Source: an uncultured Bacteroidales bacterium
Lineage (GTDB): Bacteria; Bacteroidota; Bacteroidia; Bacteroidales; GCA-2748055
Assembly: GCA_963792395.1 (NCBI GenBank)
Contig: CAWBWE010000020.1
Span: 169,255 to 233,254, forward strand
Direction of reading: 5' to 3'
DNA length: 64,000 nucleotides
Below, in pieces: positions 19,346 through 29,428 of the stretch (its first letter is position 1; each line of letters begins with the position of its first letter). Under the pieces are notes generated by a model, which saw only the letters and a program-made list of their open reading frames with translations, was not told where the DNA came from and searched no databases. The position numbers and the translations under genes are program-made.

Positions 19346-20470
19346 ATGGAGACTTTATCTGTTCTGGTGGTTGACGATGAGCCGGGAATCCGCTCGGGTG
19401 TGAAAAGGATCCTGGAAGGGCACCACGTGAGTTTCCCCTTCATGGATGAAGATTATCAATTTATATGCAGGGAGGCAGCCAGCGGGGAAGAAGCACTGCT
19501 TATGCTGGAAGAATCCCCGCCCGAGATACTCCTGCTGGATAATAAGCTGCCCGGGATGGACGGGATGGAGGTGCTGGAGATCATCAAGCAGAAGAATATG
19601 GATATCATGGTGGCAATGATCACCTCCTATGCTTCGCTGGAGATTGCGGCCAAAGCTACCGATGACGGGGCCCGGGATTTTATTCCGAAGCCATTTACTC
19701 CGGCAGAGCTGAAGTCCAGCATTGATCTGATCACCAAGCAGTATTTCCTCAAAAAGATCACCCGGACCATGAAGGAGGAGGGAAAGAAGATTCGTTACCA
19801 GTTTCTTTCCGTTTTGAGCCATGAGCTCAAATCACCCCTCAATGCCCTGGAGGGTTACCTGCAGATGATGAAGGAACGTGAACTTGGAGAGGACTTGAAG
19901 GAGTATGATGCGCTTATTGATCGCTCACTTCAGCGTGTGGAGGGGATGCGCTCGCTGATCATGGACCTGCTTGATTTTACCAAGATCAGGCTGGAGAGAA
20001 AAGAGGAGAAAATAGAGCGGGTGGACCTCATGGAACGGGCACAGCTGGCCCTGGCCACCATTAAACCCCTGGCCCATATGCGGAATGTTACGATTAGCTT
20101 TTCGGGAGAGGCGATTTATTACGACGCAGATCCATCGGACCTGGACATCATGTTTAACAATCTGCTCTCCAATGCGGTCAAATATAACCGTGACGGAGGA
20201 GAAGTGGAGCTGGTGCTCCGACAGAAGGAGCAGATGCTTGAAATACTCGTGAAGGATACGGGGATCGGGATGAGCGAAGAGGAGGTTTCCCAGTTATTTA
20301 AAGAGTTTGTCCGCATTAAAAACAGCCGGACCAGGGGAATTACCGGTTCGGGCCTGGGCCTCTCCATTGTAAGTAAAATAGCTGAGCTTTACGGGGGACA
20401 CATTGATGTGAACAGCGTCCCCGAAAAGGGGAGCGAATTCAGCGTAATTCTTCCTCTTCACGGAGACTGA
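19346..20470 (+). CDS. hybrid receiver-histidine kinase (REC + HisKA + HATPase_c)
   Basis: The ATG at 19346 gives METLSVLVVDDEPGIR...LLLDNKLPGMDG...FIPKPF (REC), then FLSVLSHELKSPLN (H-box) and GSGLGLSIVSKIAELYGG (G2 box). The ORF-track start at 19319 overlaps the upstream gene. Confidence 0.85.
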   Translation: METLSVLVVDDEPGIRSGVKRILEGHHVSFPFMDEDYQFICREAASGEEALLMLEESPPEILLLDNKLPGMDGMEVLEIIKQKNMDIMVAMITSYASLEIAAKATDDGARDFIPKPFTPAELKSSIDLITKQYFLKKITRTMKEEGKKIRYQFLSVLSHELKSPLNALEGYLQMMKERELGEDLKEYDALIDRSLQRVEGMRSLIMDLLDFTKIRLERKEEKIERVDLMERAQLALATIKPLAHMRNVTISFSGEAIYYDADPSDLDIMFNNLLSNAVKYNRDGGEVELVLRQKEQMLEILVKDTGIGMSEEEVSQLFKEFVRIKNSRTRGITGSGLGLSIVSKIAELYGGHIDVNSVPEKGSEFSVILPLHGD

Positions 20471-20500
20471 CGGGTATCAACAGAATTGTTGATCTGAAAC

Positions 20501-20516
20501 TGTGATTTAATTAACA
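20501..20516. promoter_or_regulatory. candidate Rex operator TGTGA-N6-TAACA upstream of rex
   Basis: TGTGATTTAATTAACA has half-sites spaced as in the Rex consensus TTGTGAA-N4-TTCACAA (Clostridial variant TTGTTAA-N4-TTAACAA). One half matches each variant. It lies 38 nt upstream of the rex ATG. The adjacent TATTTTG resembles a -7 box but is one T short. Confidence 0.35.
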
Positions 20517-20553
20517 ATATTTTGTAGTATTGTATCAGTCCAAATTGATAGCT

Positions 20554-21177
20554 ATGACCTTGCCGGAGCGAACGGTTGAACGTTTGAGTGAATACCGCAG
20601 ATCCCTGCTTCAGTGCCTGGAGGAGGGAAAGACCCACATATTTTCACATGAACTGGCTGATCTCCATCATAATACTGCGGTTCAGGTTCGCAGGGATATT
20701 ATGTTTATCGGGTATACGAGCATGCAGCGAAAAGGCTATGATGTCAGAGAACTGGTGGATGTTATCGGGGAGATTCTGGATTCCGAGAGCGGGCTTAATG
20801 TGGCCGTGATCGGTGTGGGGAATCTGGGCCGCGCAGTGACCACCTACTTTGTAGGAAAGCGTTCCAAACTCAATATACTGGCTACTTTCGATGTGGATAC
20901 CAATAAAATTGACCGGGTGATTTCCGGGGTAAAATGCTATCCGCTAAGCAGGCTGAAAGAAGTGGTTCAGGAACAGAACATCTCCATTGCCATCATGACG
21001 GTACCAGCCGATTCTGCTACCGAAGTGACCGCAAACCTGGTGGATGCCGGGATTAAGGGTTTGATGAATTTCACGACCATACCCCTGAATGTACCCCCGG
21101 AAGTATACCTGGATGAATATGATATGATTACCTCCCTGGAGAAAGTAGCCTATTTCGTGAAGAGTCCCCAAAAATAG
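20554..21177 (+). CDS. rex: redox-sensing transcriptional repressor Rex
   Basis: The N-terminus reads ERTVERLSEYRRSL (winged-helix). The Rossmann motif is NVAVIGVGNLGRAV. The length is typical of Rex. The start is placed at the ATG at 20554; the ORF track uses TTG at 20530. Confidence 0.85.
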   Translation: MTLPERTVERLSEYRRSLLQCLEEGKTHIFSHELADLHHNTAVQVRRDIMFIGYTSMQRKGYDVRELVDVIGEILDSESGLNVAVIGVGNLGRAVTTYFVGKRSKLNILATFDVDTNKIDRVISGVKCYPLSRLKEVVQEQNISIAIMTVPADSATEVTANLVDAGIKGLMNFTTIPLNVPPEVYLDEYDMITSLEKVAYFVKSPQK

Positions 21178-22062
21178 ATGCAGGTACATCAGTCCATGGA
21201 GCATTTGCCGGAGATTCCGTCGCCGGTTGTGACCGTAGGTTCCTTCGATGGGGTACATGTGGGTCACCGGGCAATTATCCGCCGACTAAAGAACCTGGCC
21301 CGGGAAGTGAATGGATCCTCTGTACTGATCACCTTTTTCCCACACCCTCGTAAAGTGCTGTATCCGGATGCTGCAGGGAAGGATCTGAACTTGATTAATT
21401 CCCAATCTGAAAAGATCGAGCTTCTGGCTGAAGCGGGCCTGGATCACCTGATTATCCTGGAGTTTACCCTTGATTTTGCAAAGACCAGTTCCGCTGACTT
21501 TGTAGAACATTACCTGGTAGGGAAGCTTCATGCCCATACCATTGTGGTGGGATTTAACCACTATTTTGGCCACAACAGGGAAGGGAGCTTCAGCTCTCTT
21601 TACAAGGCCAGGGATCTTTATGGATTTCAGGTGGAAGAAATTCCTCAGCAAGAGATCCAGAATGAAACCGTTAGCAGCACCAAAATCCGAAGAGCCCTGA
21701 AGGAGGGAAACATTCAGCGGGCCAATGCTTACCTGGAGCATCACTATATGATCCGGGCAAAAATGGAACGGCTTCCGGACCAGGGGGACTTGCCTCTGCA
21801 GCCCTGTTTTTGGATTCCTGTAAGCGATCCTTTGAAAGCGCTTCCGCCAGCAGGGGACTATGCAGCTTCATTTTCACACGAGGATCACTACGAGAAGGCC
21901 CTGGTGTGTATCAATGAAAAACAAATACTTCTTTATCCACTTGAGATTCAATTACCCGGCCTGGACGAGGAGGGCCTTATCCGTTTTCATAAACGATTGG
22001 AAGCCCGGGGAGGATCCAGCCTTCCAAAGCAGCTGGATGCTGTCAGGGAACTCATTTATTAG
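21178..22062 (+). CDS. ribF: RibF-like FAD synthetase with divergent riboflavin-kinase domain
   Basis: The N-terminus VVTVGSFDGVHVGHRAIIRRL...VLITFFPHP is an FMN adenylyltransferase domain. I cannot find the GxxLGFPTAN kinase motif in the C-terminal ~120 aa. There is no gap to rex. Confidence 0.75.
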   Translation: MQVHQSMEHLPEIPSPVVTVGSFDGVHVGHRAIIRRLKNLAREVNGSSVLITFFPHPRKVLYPDAAGKDLNLINSQSEKIELLAEAGLDHLIILEFTLDFAKTSSADFVEHYLVGKLHAHTIVVGFNHYFGHNREGSFSSLYKARDLYGFQVEEIPQQEIQNETVSSTKIRRALKEGNIQRANAYLEHHYMIRAKMERLPDQGDLPLQPCFWIPVSDPLKALPPAGDYAASFSHEDHYEKALVCINEKQILLYPLEIQLPGLDEEGLIRFHKRLEARGGSSLPKQLDAVRELIY

Positions 22063-22074
22063 TATATTCGTTTT

Positions 22075-22317
22075 ATGGAAAAACGCATCGGAGCGATCCT
22101 GATACTGATCGGGAAGGAGGGTGATATTCACCGGATAAATGCTATTATTTCCGAACATGCCGAGCTGATCCTGGGGCGGCAGGGAATCCCCCTCAGGGAC
22201 CGGTCTACCAGCGTCATTTCCCTGGTACTGGAAGGGAACACCGACAGGATGGGATCACTCAGTGGCCAGTTGGGTCGTTTGCCCGGGGTCAAAGTCAAAT
22301 CGGTGCTGGCCGGTTGA
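22075..22317 (+). CDS. TM1266-family putative iron-only hydrogenase system regulator (ACT/NikR-C-like)
   Basis: 80-aa ORF MEKRIGAILILIG...VISLVLEGNTDRMGSLSGQLGRLPGVKVKSV. It matches my recollection of the small TM1266/TIGR03959 family, which is normally found beside HydEFG or hydrogenase genes. Confidence 0.65.
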   Translation: MEKRIGAILILIGKEGDIHRINAIISEHAELILGRQGIPLRDRSTSVISLVLEGNTDRMGSLSGQLGRLPGVKVKSVLAG

Positions 22318-22430
22318 TAAAGCGCGTTCAAATGTTAAAAAACATCTCTTTTTTGTTAAATGCGCCGGAGCAAAAAACAAATCGGGCTTTTATTGGTTAT
22401 ATATAGCGAAAAGTAATTGTTGGGGTGCAA

Positions 22431-22492
22431 GGCAAGTTGCGAATCTTTTGAGGGTTTTAGGAAGAATAGCAACTTGCCTTATTTTTTTTATT
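22431..22492 (+). terminator. hairpin GGCAAGTTGC-N28-GCAACTTGCC followed by a T-rich run
   Basis: 10-bp perfect stem (22431-22440 and 22469-22478). TTATTTTTTTTATT follows at 22479-22492, downstream of the TM1266-like gene. The 28-nt loop is large for a classical intrinsic terminator. Confidence 0.3.
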
Positions 22493-22581
22493 CCTGTTCT
22501 TAGGCAGTGTTCTAAGACACTCCCGATCGGGCGATCACACAAATCTGCTTTGTTATCTTTGAATCTGTTAAACCGATTCGA

Positions 22582-24646
22582 ATGATTAATCGCCAACTTA
22601 TTAATCCTGAGAGCATTGTCGTTGTTGGAGCCTCCAATAATATTTCCAAGCCAGGAGGAAAACTCTTTCATAATATACGTACCGGAACCTTTAAAGGCAA
22701 ACTTTACTGCTCTGAATCCGAAGGAGGATACAGATACAGGGATCTGCCTTCTTACAGGGAGATCAGAGAGCTGCCCCCCACCGAGCTTGCCTTCCTGGCC
22801 ATACCAGCCTCCTTTTGCGCTGGAGATAGTCAGGGAACTTGCTGAGACCAAGGGTACCCGCGCATTTATTATTGTGTCGGCCGGATTCAGTGAGGAGAAC
22901 CTGGAAGGAGCTGCCATTGAGCAGGAGATCGTGGAAATATGCAGGGAGCATGATGCAGCCCTGATTGGTCCAAATTGCATCGGGGTGATGACTCCGGCCT
23001 ACCAGGGTGTATTTACCCTTCCCATTCCCAAGCTGGATCCCCAGGGCTGCGATTTTATTTCAGGAAGTGGTGCCACTGCCGTCTTCATCATGGAATCGGG
23101 ACTAGCAGAAGGGACTCAGCTTCAACCATGTCTTTTCGGTCGGTAATTCTGCCCAGCTTGGGGTGGAGGATGTACTGCAATACCTCGATGAAACTTTAGC
23201 AAGGAAAACTCCTCCCGGGTGAAGATGCTCTATTTTGAGACCATCAAGGATCCGGGCCGTTTGCTCAGGCATGCCACCTCTCTGATTGGGAAAGGCTGTC
23301 AGATTGCTGCCATAAAGGCCGGAACCACGGATGCGGGAAGCAGGGCTGCCTCCTCACATACGGGGGCTATGGCCAGTTCTGATATGGCTGTTGATGCCCT
23401 CTTCCGCAAGGCCGGAATTGTTCGCTGCTATGGCAGGGAGGAGCTGACTACTGTGGCCTCGGTCATGCTGCATCCGCCACTGAAGGGGAAGAACCTGGCC
23501 ATTATCACTCATGCCGGCGGACCGGCTGTCATGCTTACCGATGAGCTGGCCAAGGGAGGTATGGATGTGCCTCACCTGGAAGGACCCCGGGTAGAAGAGT
23601 TACTTACACATCTCTTTCCGGGTTCATCCGCTTCAAATCCCATTGATATGCTGGCTACCGGCAATGCAGAGCAGCTGGGTATATGTATCGACTATTGTGA
23701 GCACTCTTTTCAGGAAATTGATGGCATAGTGGTCATTTTTGGCACTCCCGGACTAGACTCCTGTCTTTGATGTATATGAACTGCTTTATCAGAAAATGCA
23801 GCAGTGCAGCAAACCCATTTACCCGGTTCTTCCTTCGGTCACCACAGCAGCCAAAGAGGTGGAGGACTTTCTGTCTCATGGACACTATTAATTTTCCGGA
23901 TGAGGTGCAGCTGGGCGAGGCACTGACTCTGGTGTACGGAACAGCTGCAGCCTGCCGGGGAGCGTTTCCAGGCCGGAGGGGATTGATCAGCCGGCTATCA
24001 GGAAGCTGATTGATGAGTCAGAAGAGGGCTATCTGGCCCCGGGGGTCATTCAAAAAATTCTGGATGCTGCAGGATATCCCACGGGTAAGCGAAGAGGTAG
24101 CCAGGGATGAAGCCTCCCTGGATCGACTGGCCAAGCAGATTAGGTTTCCGCTGGTTATGAAAGTGGTAGGACCGGTTCATAAATCGGATGTGGGAGGGGT
24201 CGCCCTGGGAATAGACAATGATGATTGATCTGATGGAGCATTTTCAAGGAATGATGAAGATTGAGGGTGCCACGGGCGTTCTTGTTCAGCCCATGCTGGA
24301 GGGGATTGAACTTTTTGTGGGGGCCAAATATGAACCGGGTTTTGGACATGTGATTCTCTGTGGCCTGGGGGGCATTTATGTGGAGGTTTTGAGGGATATG
24401 GCGACTGGACTGGCCCCTCTATCGATAAGCTGAGGCAGCCCGGATGATCCGCTCTCTCAAAGGATATAAAATGCTGGAAGGAATGAGGGGACAGCCGGGA
24501 ATCAATATCCAGTCCTTTGCAGAGATCACTGGTTAGACTTTCCGTAGTACTCAATGAAAATGCAACGAAATTGCAGAACTGGATCTGAATCCACATTATG
24601 GGAAGGGGAGATCGAACTGGTGGTGAGTAGGATTGCAAGAGTATAA
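22582..24646 (+). pseudogene. ADP-forming acetyl/acyl-CoA synthetase (CoA-binding + ATP-grasp fusion), frame-disrupted
   Basis: CoA-binding N-terminus: LINPESIVVVGASNNISKPGGK. The succinyl-CoA-synthetase-like part reads IGPNCIGV...FISGSGA...AAIKAGTTDAGSRAASSHTGAMA. The ATP-grasp part reads FPLVMKVVGPVHKSDVGGV. The tail reads ELDLNP. At least 7 frame breaks. Confidence 0.75.
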
Positions 24647-24694
24647 CACATGATATACTTGGCAAAGTCTTTAACTTCACATAGATTTAAAAGT

Positions 24695-26003
24695 ATGAAA
24701 CCAACACCCAATACCTTCTGAAGTTGTCAATGAAGTTATTGATGCCTTTGGCATCCACCCGGCCGGAAAAGCCACCATCAGGGAACTGGTAAAGATTGTC
24801 AATGATATTGAAGGGATTACCGGGCGAGGAGTTTATCCGGATGGAGATGGGGGTGCCCGGCCTGGATCCGACCTTTGTGGGAACTGAAGCTGAAATGATC
24901 GCCCTTCGTAAGGGTGTTGCTTCCAAATATCCCAATATTGAAGGAATTACACCCCTGAAAGAGGAGAGCTGCCAGGTTTGTAAAGTTGTTTCTGGATGTG
25001 GATGTGGAACCCATGCATTGTGTGCCTACAGTGGGATCCATGATGGGAGGTATGGCTGCATTTATGGTGGTAAACCGTTCAGATCAGAACCGGACAGGGA
25101 CCCTCTTCCTGGATCCTGGATTTCCAGTGCAGAAGCAGCAGTGCCTGGTACTGGGACACACTTACGGCTCCTTCGATCTGTATGATTTCCGGGGCGATAA
25201 ATTGAAGGCAAAAATGGAGGAGGAGATCGATAAAGGGCAGTATTCTTCCATTCTCTATTCGAATCCCAACAATCCCTCCTGGATCTGTCTGAATGAGGAG
25301 GAATTGAAAATCATCGGGGAGATTTCCATGAAATATGATCTGACCGTTATTGAAGATCTGGCCTATTTTGGGATGGATTTCCGAAAGGATCTTTCGCAAC
25401 CCGGGAGTCCCTCCGTTTCAGGCTACTGTGGCAAAATATACCGACAACTATCTGCTTCTGATTTCCAGTTCCAAAGCATTCAGTTATGCGGGTCAGCGTA
25501 TCGGCATGATGGTTATTGCACCGGAACTGTATGACCGAAAATACCCGGACCTGAAAAGATATTACTACCTCCGAAAAGTTTGGTCATGCCATGATTTATG
25601 GAGCACTCTATGCCTTGTCGGCAGGTGCTTCTCACACAGCTCAGTATGCACTTGCTGCCATTTTTAAAGCGGTGAATGATGGCACTTATAATTATATCAG
25701 TGAGGTGAGGGAGTATGGAGAGAAGGCCAGACATTATGAAGGCCTTGTTCCAGAAGTATGGATTTCAGATTGTTTATGATATGGATCTGGATGAACCCAT
25801 TGCCGATGGATTCTATTTTACCCTGTCCTACCCGGGTTTTGAGGGTCCCCAGCTGGTGGAGGAACTGCTTTATTATGGGATCAGTGCCATTTCTCTGGAG
25901 ATTACGGGAAGTAGCAGGAACGGAAGGGTTAAGAGCCTGTGTATCACAGGTTAGAAGGGATCAGTTTCCAGTATTGGAGGAGCGTTTGAAGCTGTTTCAG
26001 TGA
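24695..26003 (+). pseudogene. class I/II PLP-dependent aminotransferase, frame-disrupted
   Basis: The fragments read EEFIRMEMGVPGLDP...ALRKGVASKYPNIEG, then SILYSNPNNPSWICLNEEELKIIGEI...VIEDLAYFGMDF, then LLISSSKAFSYAGQRIG, which holds the PLP-lysine region (SxSKxF). At least 5 frame breaks. Confidence 0.65.
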
Positions 26004-26134
26004 GAACCATCCCATCCCGAAATAGATATTTTTATCCCTAAATAAAAGCATCCTGAGCAAACCTGTCCAATAACAGTTAAGAAGGAATTTGAGAATTGTT
26101 ACATTTGGTAATTGTACTTAAAAAATAGCATAGT

Positions 26135-26363
26135 ATGGCAAAAGCAAAAGGAGCCATTGTGGTGGATGTTGAGAGATGTAAAGGCTGTCAGGTCTGTATG
26201 GTGAATTGTCCTACCGACACCATCGGAATGGCCGAAGGAGGTGAATGGAAAAGGATACCATTATGCTTATATGGAAAATCCGGAAAGTTGTACTGGTTGT
26301 ACCAATTGCGCAGTGGTGTGTCCCGATGGTGTAATCACCGTTTACCGGGTTAAAAAGAATTAA
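26135..26363 (+). pseudogene. 2-oxoacid:ferredoxin oxidoreductase delta (2x[4Fe-4S] ferredoxin) subunit, one frameshift
   Basis: CKGCQVCMVNCP in the first frame and CTGCTNCAVVCPDGVITV after a shift near 26240. Confidence 0.7.
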
Positions 26364-26375
26364 AGTCAAGTTAGT

Positions 26376-27449
26376 ATGAAGGAACTGGCATTAATGAAGG
26401 GAAATGAGGCCATTGCAGAAGCGGCAATCAGGGCTGGAGTGGATGGCTATTTTGGATACCCTATTACACCACAATCGGAAGTCATGGAGTACCTGATGCT
26501 TCAGAAACCGGAAGAACGGACCGGAATGGTGGTCTTGCAGGCCGAAAGTGAGGTAGCCTCCATCAATATGGTTTACGGAGCAGCAGGAACAGGAAAAAAG
26601 GTGATGACCTCCTCTTCCAGTCCGGGCATCAGCCTGATGCAGGAGGGTATCAGTTATATTGCCGGTGCTGAACTGCCCTGCCTGATTGTGAATGTGGTCA
26701 GGGGAGGACCCGGACTGGGTACCATTCAACCTTCTCAGGCCGACTATTTTCAATCCACCAAGGGTGGTGGACATGGCGATTACCGCCTGATTGTACTGGC
26801 TCCGGCTTCGGTCCAGGAAATGGCCGATTTTGTGGACCTGGGATTTGAACTGGCATTCAAATACAGGAATCCGGCCCTGATCCTTACGGATGGACTGATT
26901 GGACAGATGATGGAGAAGGTGGAACTGCCTCCGCAGAAAGAACGGGTTAAGGAATTTGACCAGTCCTGGGTGACCACCGGAAAAACCAAGGACCGGGAAC
27001 GGAATATCATTACTTCGCTGAACCTGGATCCGGATCTGCAATACGAACATAATCTGAAACTTCAGGAGAAATACAAGAGCATGGAGCAGGATGTGATGTT
27101 TGAAAAAATTGAGTGTGATGATGCTGATTTTCTTCTGGTGGCCTATGGCTCCAGTGCCCGGATCTGTCAGAAAGTGGTGGAAATGGCCAGGAGCAGGGGA
27201 AAGAAGGTTGGCTTGCTGCAGACCCCAGACTCTCTTCCCATTTCCCACCGAGGAGATTGCCAGGATGGCCCGGAGGGTGAAAGGAATGATGTCTGTTGAA
27301 CTGAGTGCCGGACAGATGGTTGAGGATGTAAGACTGGCTGTAAATGGAAGAGTACCGGTTTACTCATTACGGAATGCTGGGTGGAAAGATCCATTCGCCC
27401 GATGATGTATTAAAGTGCGTTGGAAGAAAAATATATGGGAGGATACTAG
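26376..27449 (+). pseudogene. 2-oxoacid:ferredoxin oxidoreductase alpha subunit (Kor/Vor type), frame-disrupted near the C-terminus
   Basis: It reads MKGNEAIAEAAIRAGVDGYFGYPITPQSEV...VVRGGPGLGTIQPSQADY, typical of KorA/VorB. Frame breaks occur near 27240 and 27370-27440. The stop lies immediately before the beta-subunit ATG. Confidence 0.8.
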
Positions 27450-28235
27450 ATGGAAATCAAAGAGATCATTAAAGCCGAAAACCTGGTATACAAGCGCACT
27501 CCACTGATGACCGATGCCACCCTTTCCTATTGCCCGGGTTGTGGTCACGGAACCATTCACCGGCTGATCATGGAGGTGGTGGAGGAGATGGGAATTCAGG
27601 AAGAAACCATTGGGATTGCTCCTGTAGGTTGTTCGGTACTTGCCTATGATTTTATGGATGTGGACTTTTACCCAGGCTGCCCATGGACGTGCTCCTGCAG
27701 TGGCCACAGGGATCAAAAGGCTCTGGCCCGATAAATATGTATTTACCTACCAGGGAGATGGCGACCTGGCGGCCATTGGTACCGCTGAAACCATTCATGC
27801 CTGCAACCGGGGAGAGAACATTACCATCTTCTTTGTGAACAACGGTATTTATGGGATGACCGGAGGACAGATGGCCCCCACCACCCTGGAAGGAATGAAA
27901 TCATCCACTTCTCCCTATGGAAGGAACAATGAGACCATGGGACCTCCATATAAAATTACCGAGATGATCGCCCAGTCTGGAAGGGACCTATTATGTGACC
28001 CGGCAGGCTGTTCATAAACCGGGACCGGTGCGGAAAGGCTAAAAAGGCCATCCGAAAGGCCCTGGAGTTACAGAAGGAAAATAAGGGACTGTCATTTATT
28101 GAGTTTGTATCCAATTGCAATTCCGGATGGAAAATGACTCCCAACGATTCCAACATCTGGATGGAGGAAAATATGTTTCCGTTCTATCCCATGGGAGATA
28201 TCAAGGTAGATGGAAAGTTGCTGGATGGTAAATAG
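27450..28235 (+). pseudogene. 2-oxoacid:ferredoxin oxidoreductase beta (TPP-binding) subunit, frame-disrupted
   Basis: It reads YCPGCGHGTIHRL and the TPP motif [41 protein letters not shown]. At least 2 frame breaks. Confidence 0.8.
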
Positions 28236-28238
28236 TTA

Positions 28239-28812
28239 ATGGAAAATAGTATAGATATGACGGAAGAGATCATTATTGCAGGATTCGGGGGACAGGGAGT
28301 CCTCTCCATGGGTAAGATCCTGGCCTATTCCGGGATCATGCAGGATCAGGAGGTTAGCTGGATGCCATCCTATGGCCCCGAAATGCGCGGAGGAACGGCC
28401 AATGTGACCGTGATCCTGAGTGACGACCGGGTTAGCTCACCGGTACTGCAGAGTTATGATACGGCCATTCTGTTGAACCAGCAATCGGTGGATAAATTTG
28501 AATCCATGGTGAAACCCGGAGGACTGATGATCTATGATCCCAATGGTATTACCCGCCATCCCGAGCGGGAAGATATCCGGATCTTCCAGGTAGACGCCAC
28601 TGAAGAGGCTGTCCGTATGAAGTCGCCCATCACCTTCAATATGGTTGTTCTGGGCGCCTATATCAAGGTCAACCCGGTGGTGGAATTCAGACAATGTGAT
28701 CAAGGGTCTTCGCAAATCCCTTCCCGAAAGGCACCATCACCTGATTCCCCAGAATGAAAAGGCGATTCAACGGGGTATGGAGATTGTCAGGGAGGCCAAA
28801 CTTACTACGTGA
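28239..28812 (+). pseudogene. 2-oxoacid:ferredoxin oxidoreductase gamma subunit, one frameshift
   Basis: It reads IIIAGFGGQGVLSMGKILA...SYGPEMRGGTANVTVILSD. One frame break occurs near 28690. Confidence 0.8.
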
Positions 28813-28851
28813 TAGAGGATCAGGAATAGATCCTTTTGTGGGTTCATGTGA

Positions 28852-29428
28852 TTATTTTTCATAAAAATGCATCTCGCGCATATACTTGTAGGCTTTGGCA
28901 GGTACCAGGTGTCGCACATCTTTTCCCTCTCTTATGGCCTTTCGAATAAAACTGGAGGAGATTTCCATCAGGGGGGCATTCACCAGGGTGGCATTGGGCA
29001 AGGTGAGCCACTGTATCCAAATCGGTCCCGGGCCGGGGATAGATCAGCCGGTGGTACTTCTTCACGATCAGGTCGGCATGCTTCCATTTATGAAAGGTGC
29101 TTAGTCCGTCGGCACCCATGACCAGCTGGAACTTCCTTCCCGGATGTTTTTCCTCCAGGTAGGTCAGGGTATCGATGGTATAGGAGGGAGTGGGCAGTTT
29201 GAATTCTATATCAGAAGCTCTGAATCGCTCGTCATCCTCCACGGCCAGCCGGACCATCTCAAGCCGGTGGTAATCCTTTAACAGGCTCTTTTTCTCCTTC
29301 AGGGGATTCTGGGGACTGACTACAAACCAGAGCTGTTCCAGTTCGCTGAATTCGATCATAAAGTTGGCAATGGCCAGGTGCCCGATGTGAATGGGATTAA
29401 AAGAGCCAAAATAGAGTCCGGTGATCAT
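28852..29428 (-). pseudogene. nadD: nicotinate-nucleotide adenylyltransferase, C-terminal frameshift
   Basis: It starts MITGLYFGSFNPIHIGHLAIANF. The C-terminal ISSSFIR-type motif is recovered only after a frame change near 28990. Confidence 0.85.

Noticed and set aside
22390-22980. A 196-aa minus-strand ORF spanning the structured spacer and the start of the acyl-CoA synthetase gene.
   Set aside because: It is antisense to a well-supported CoA-binding domain, its sequence is Ser- and Gly-rich, and it has no motif. It is likely spurious.
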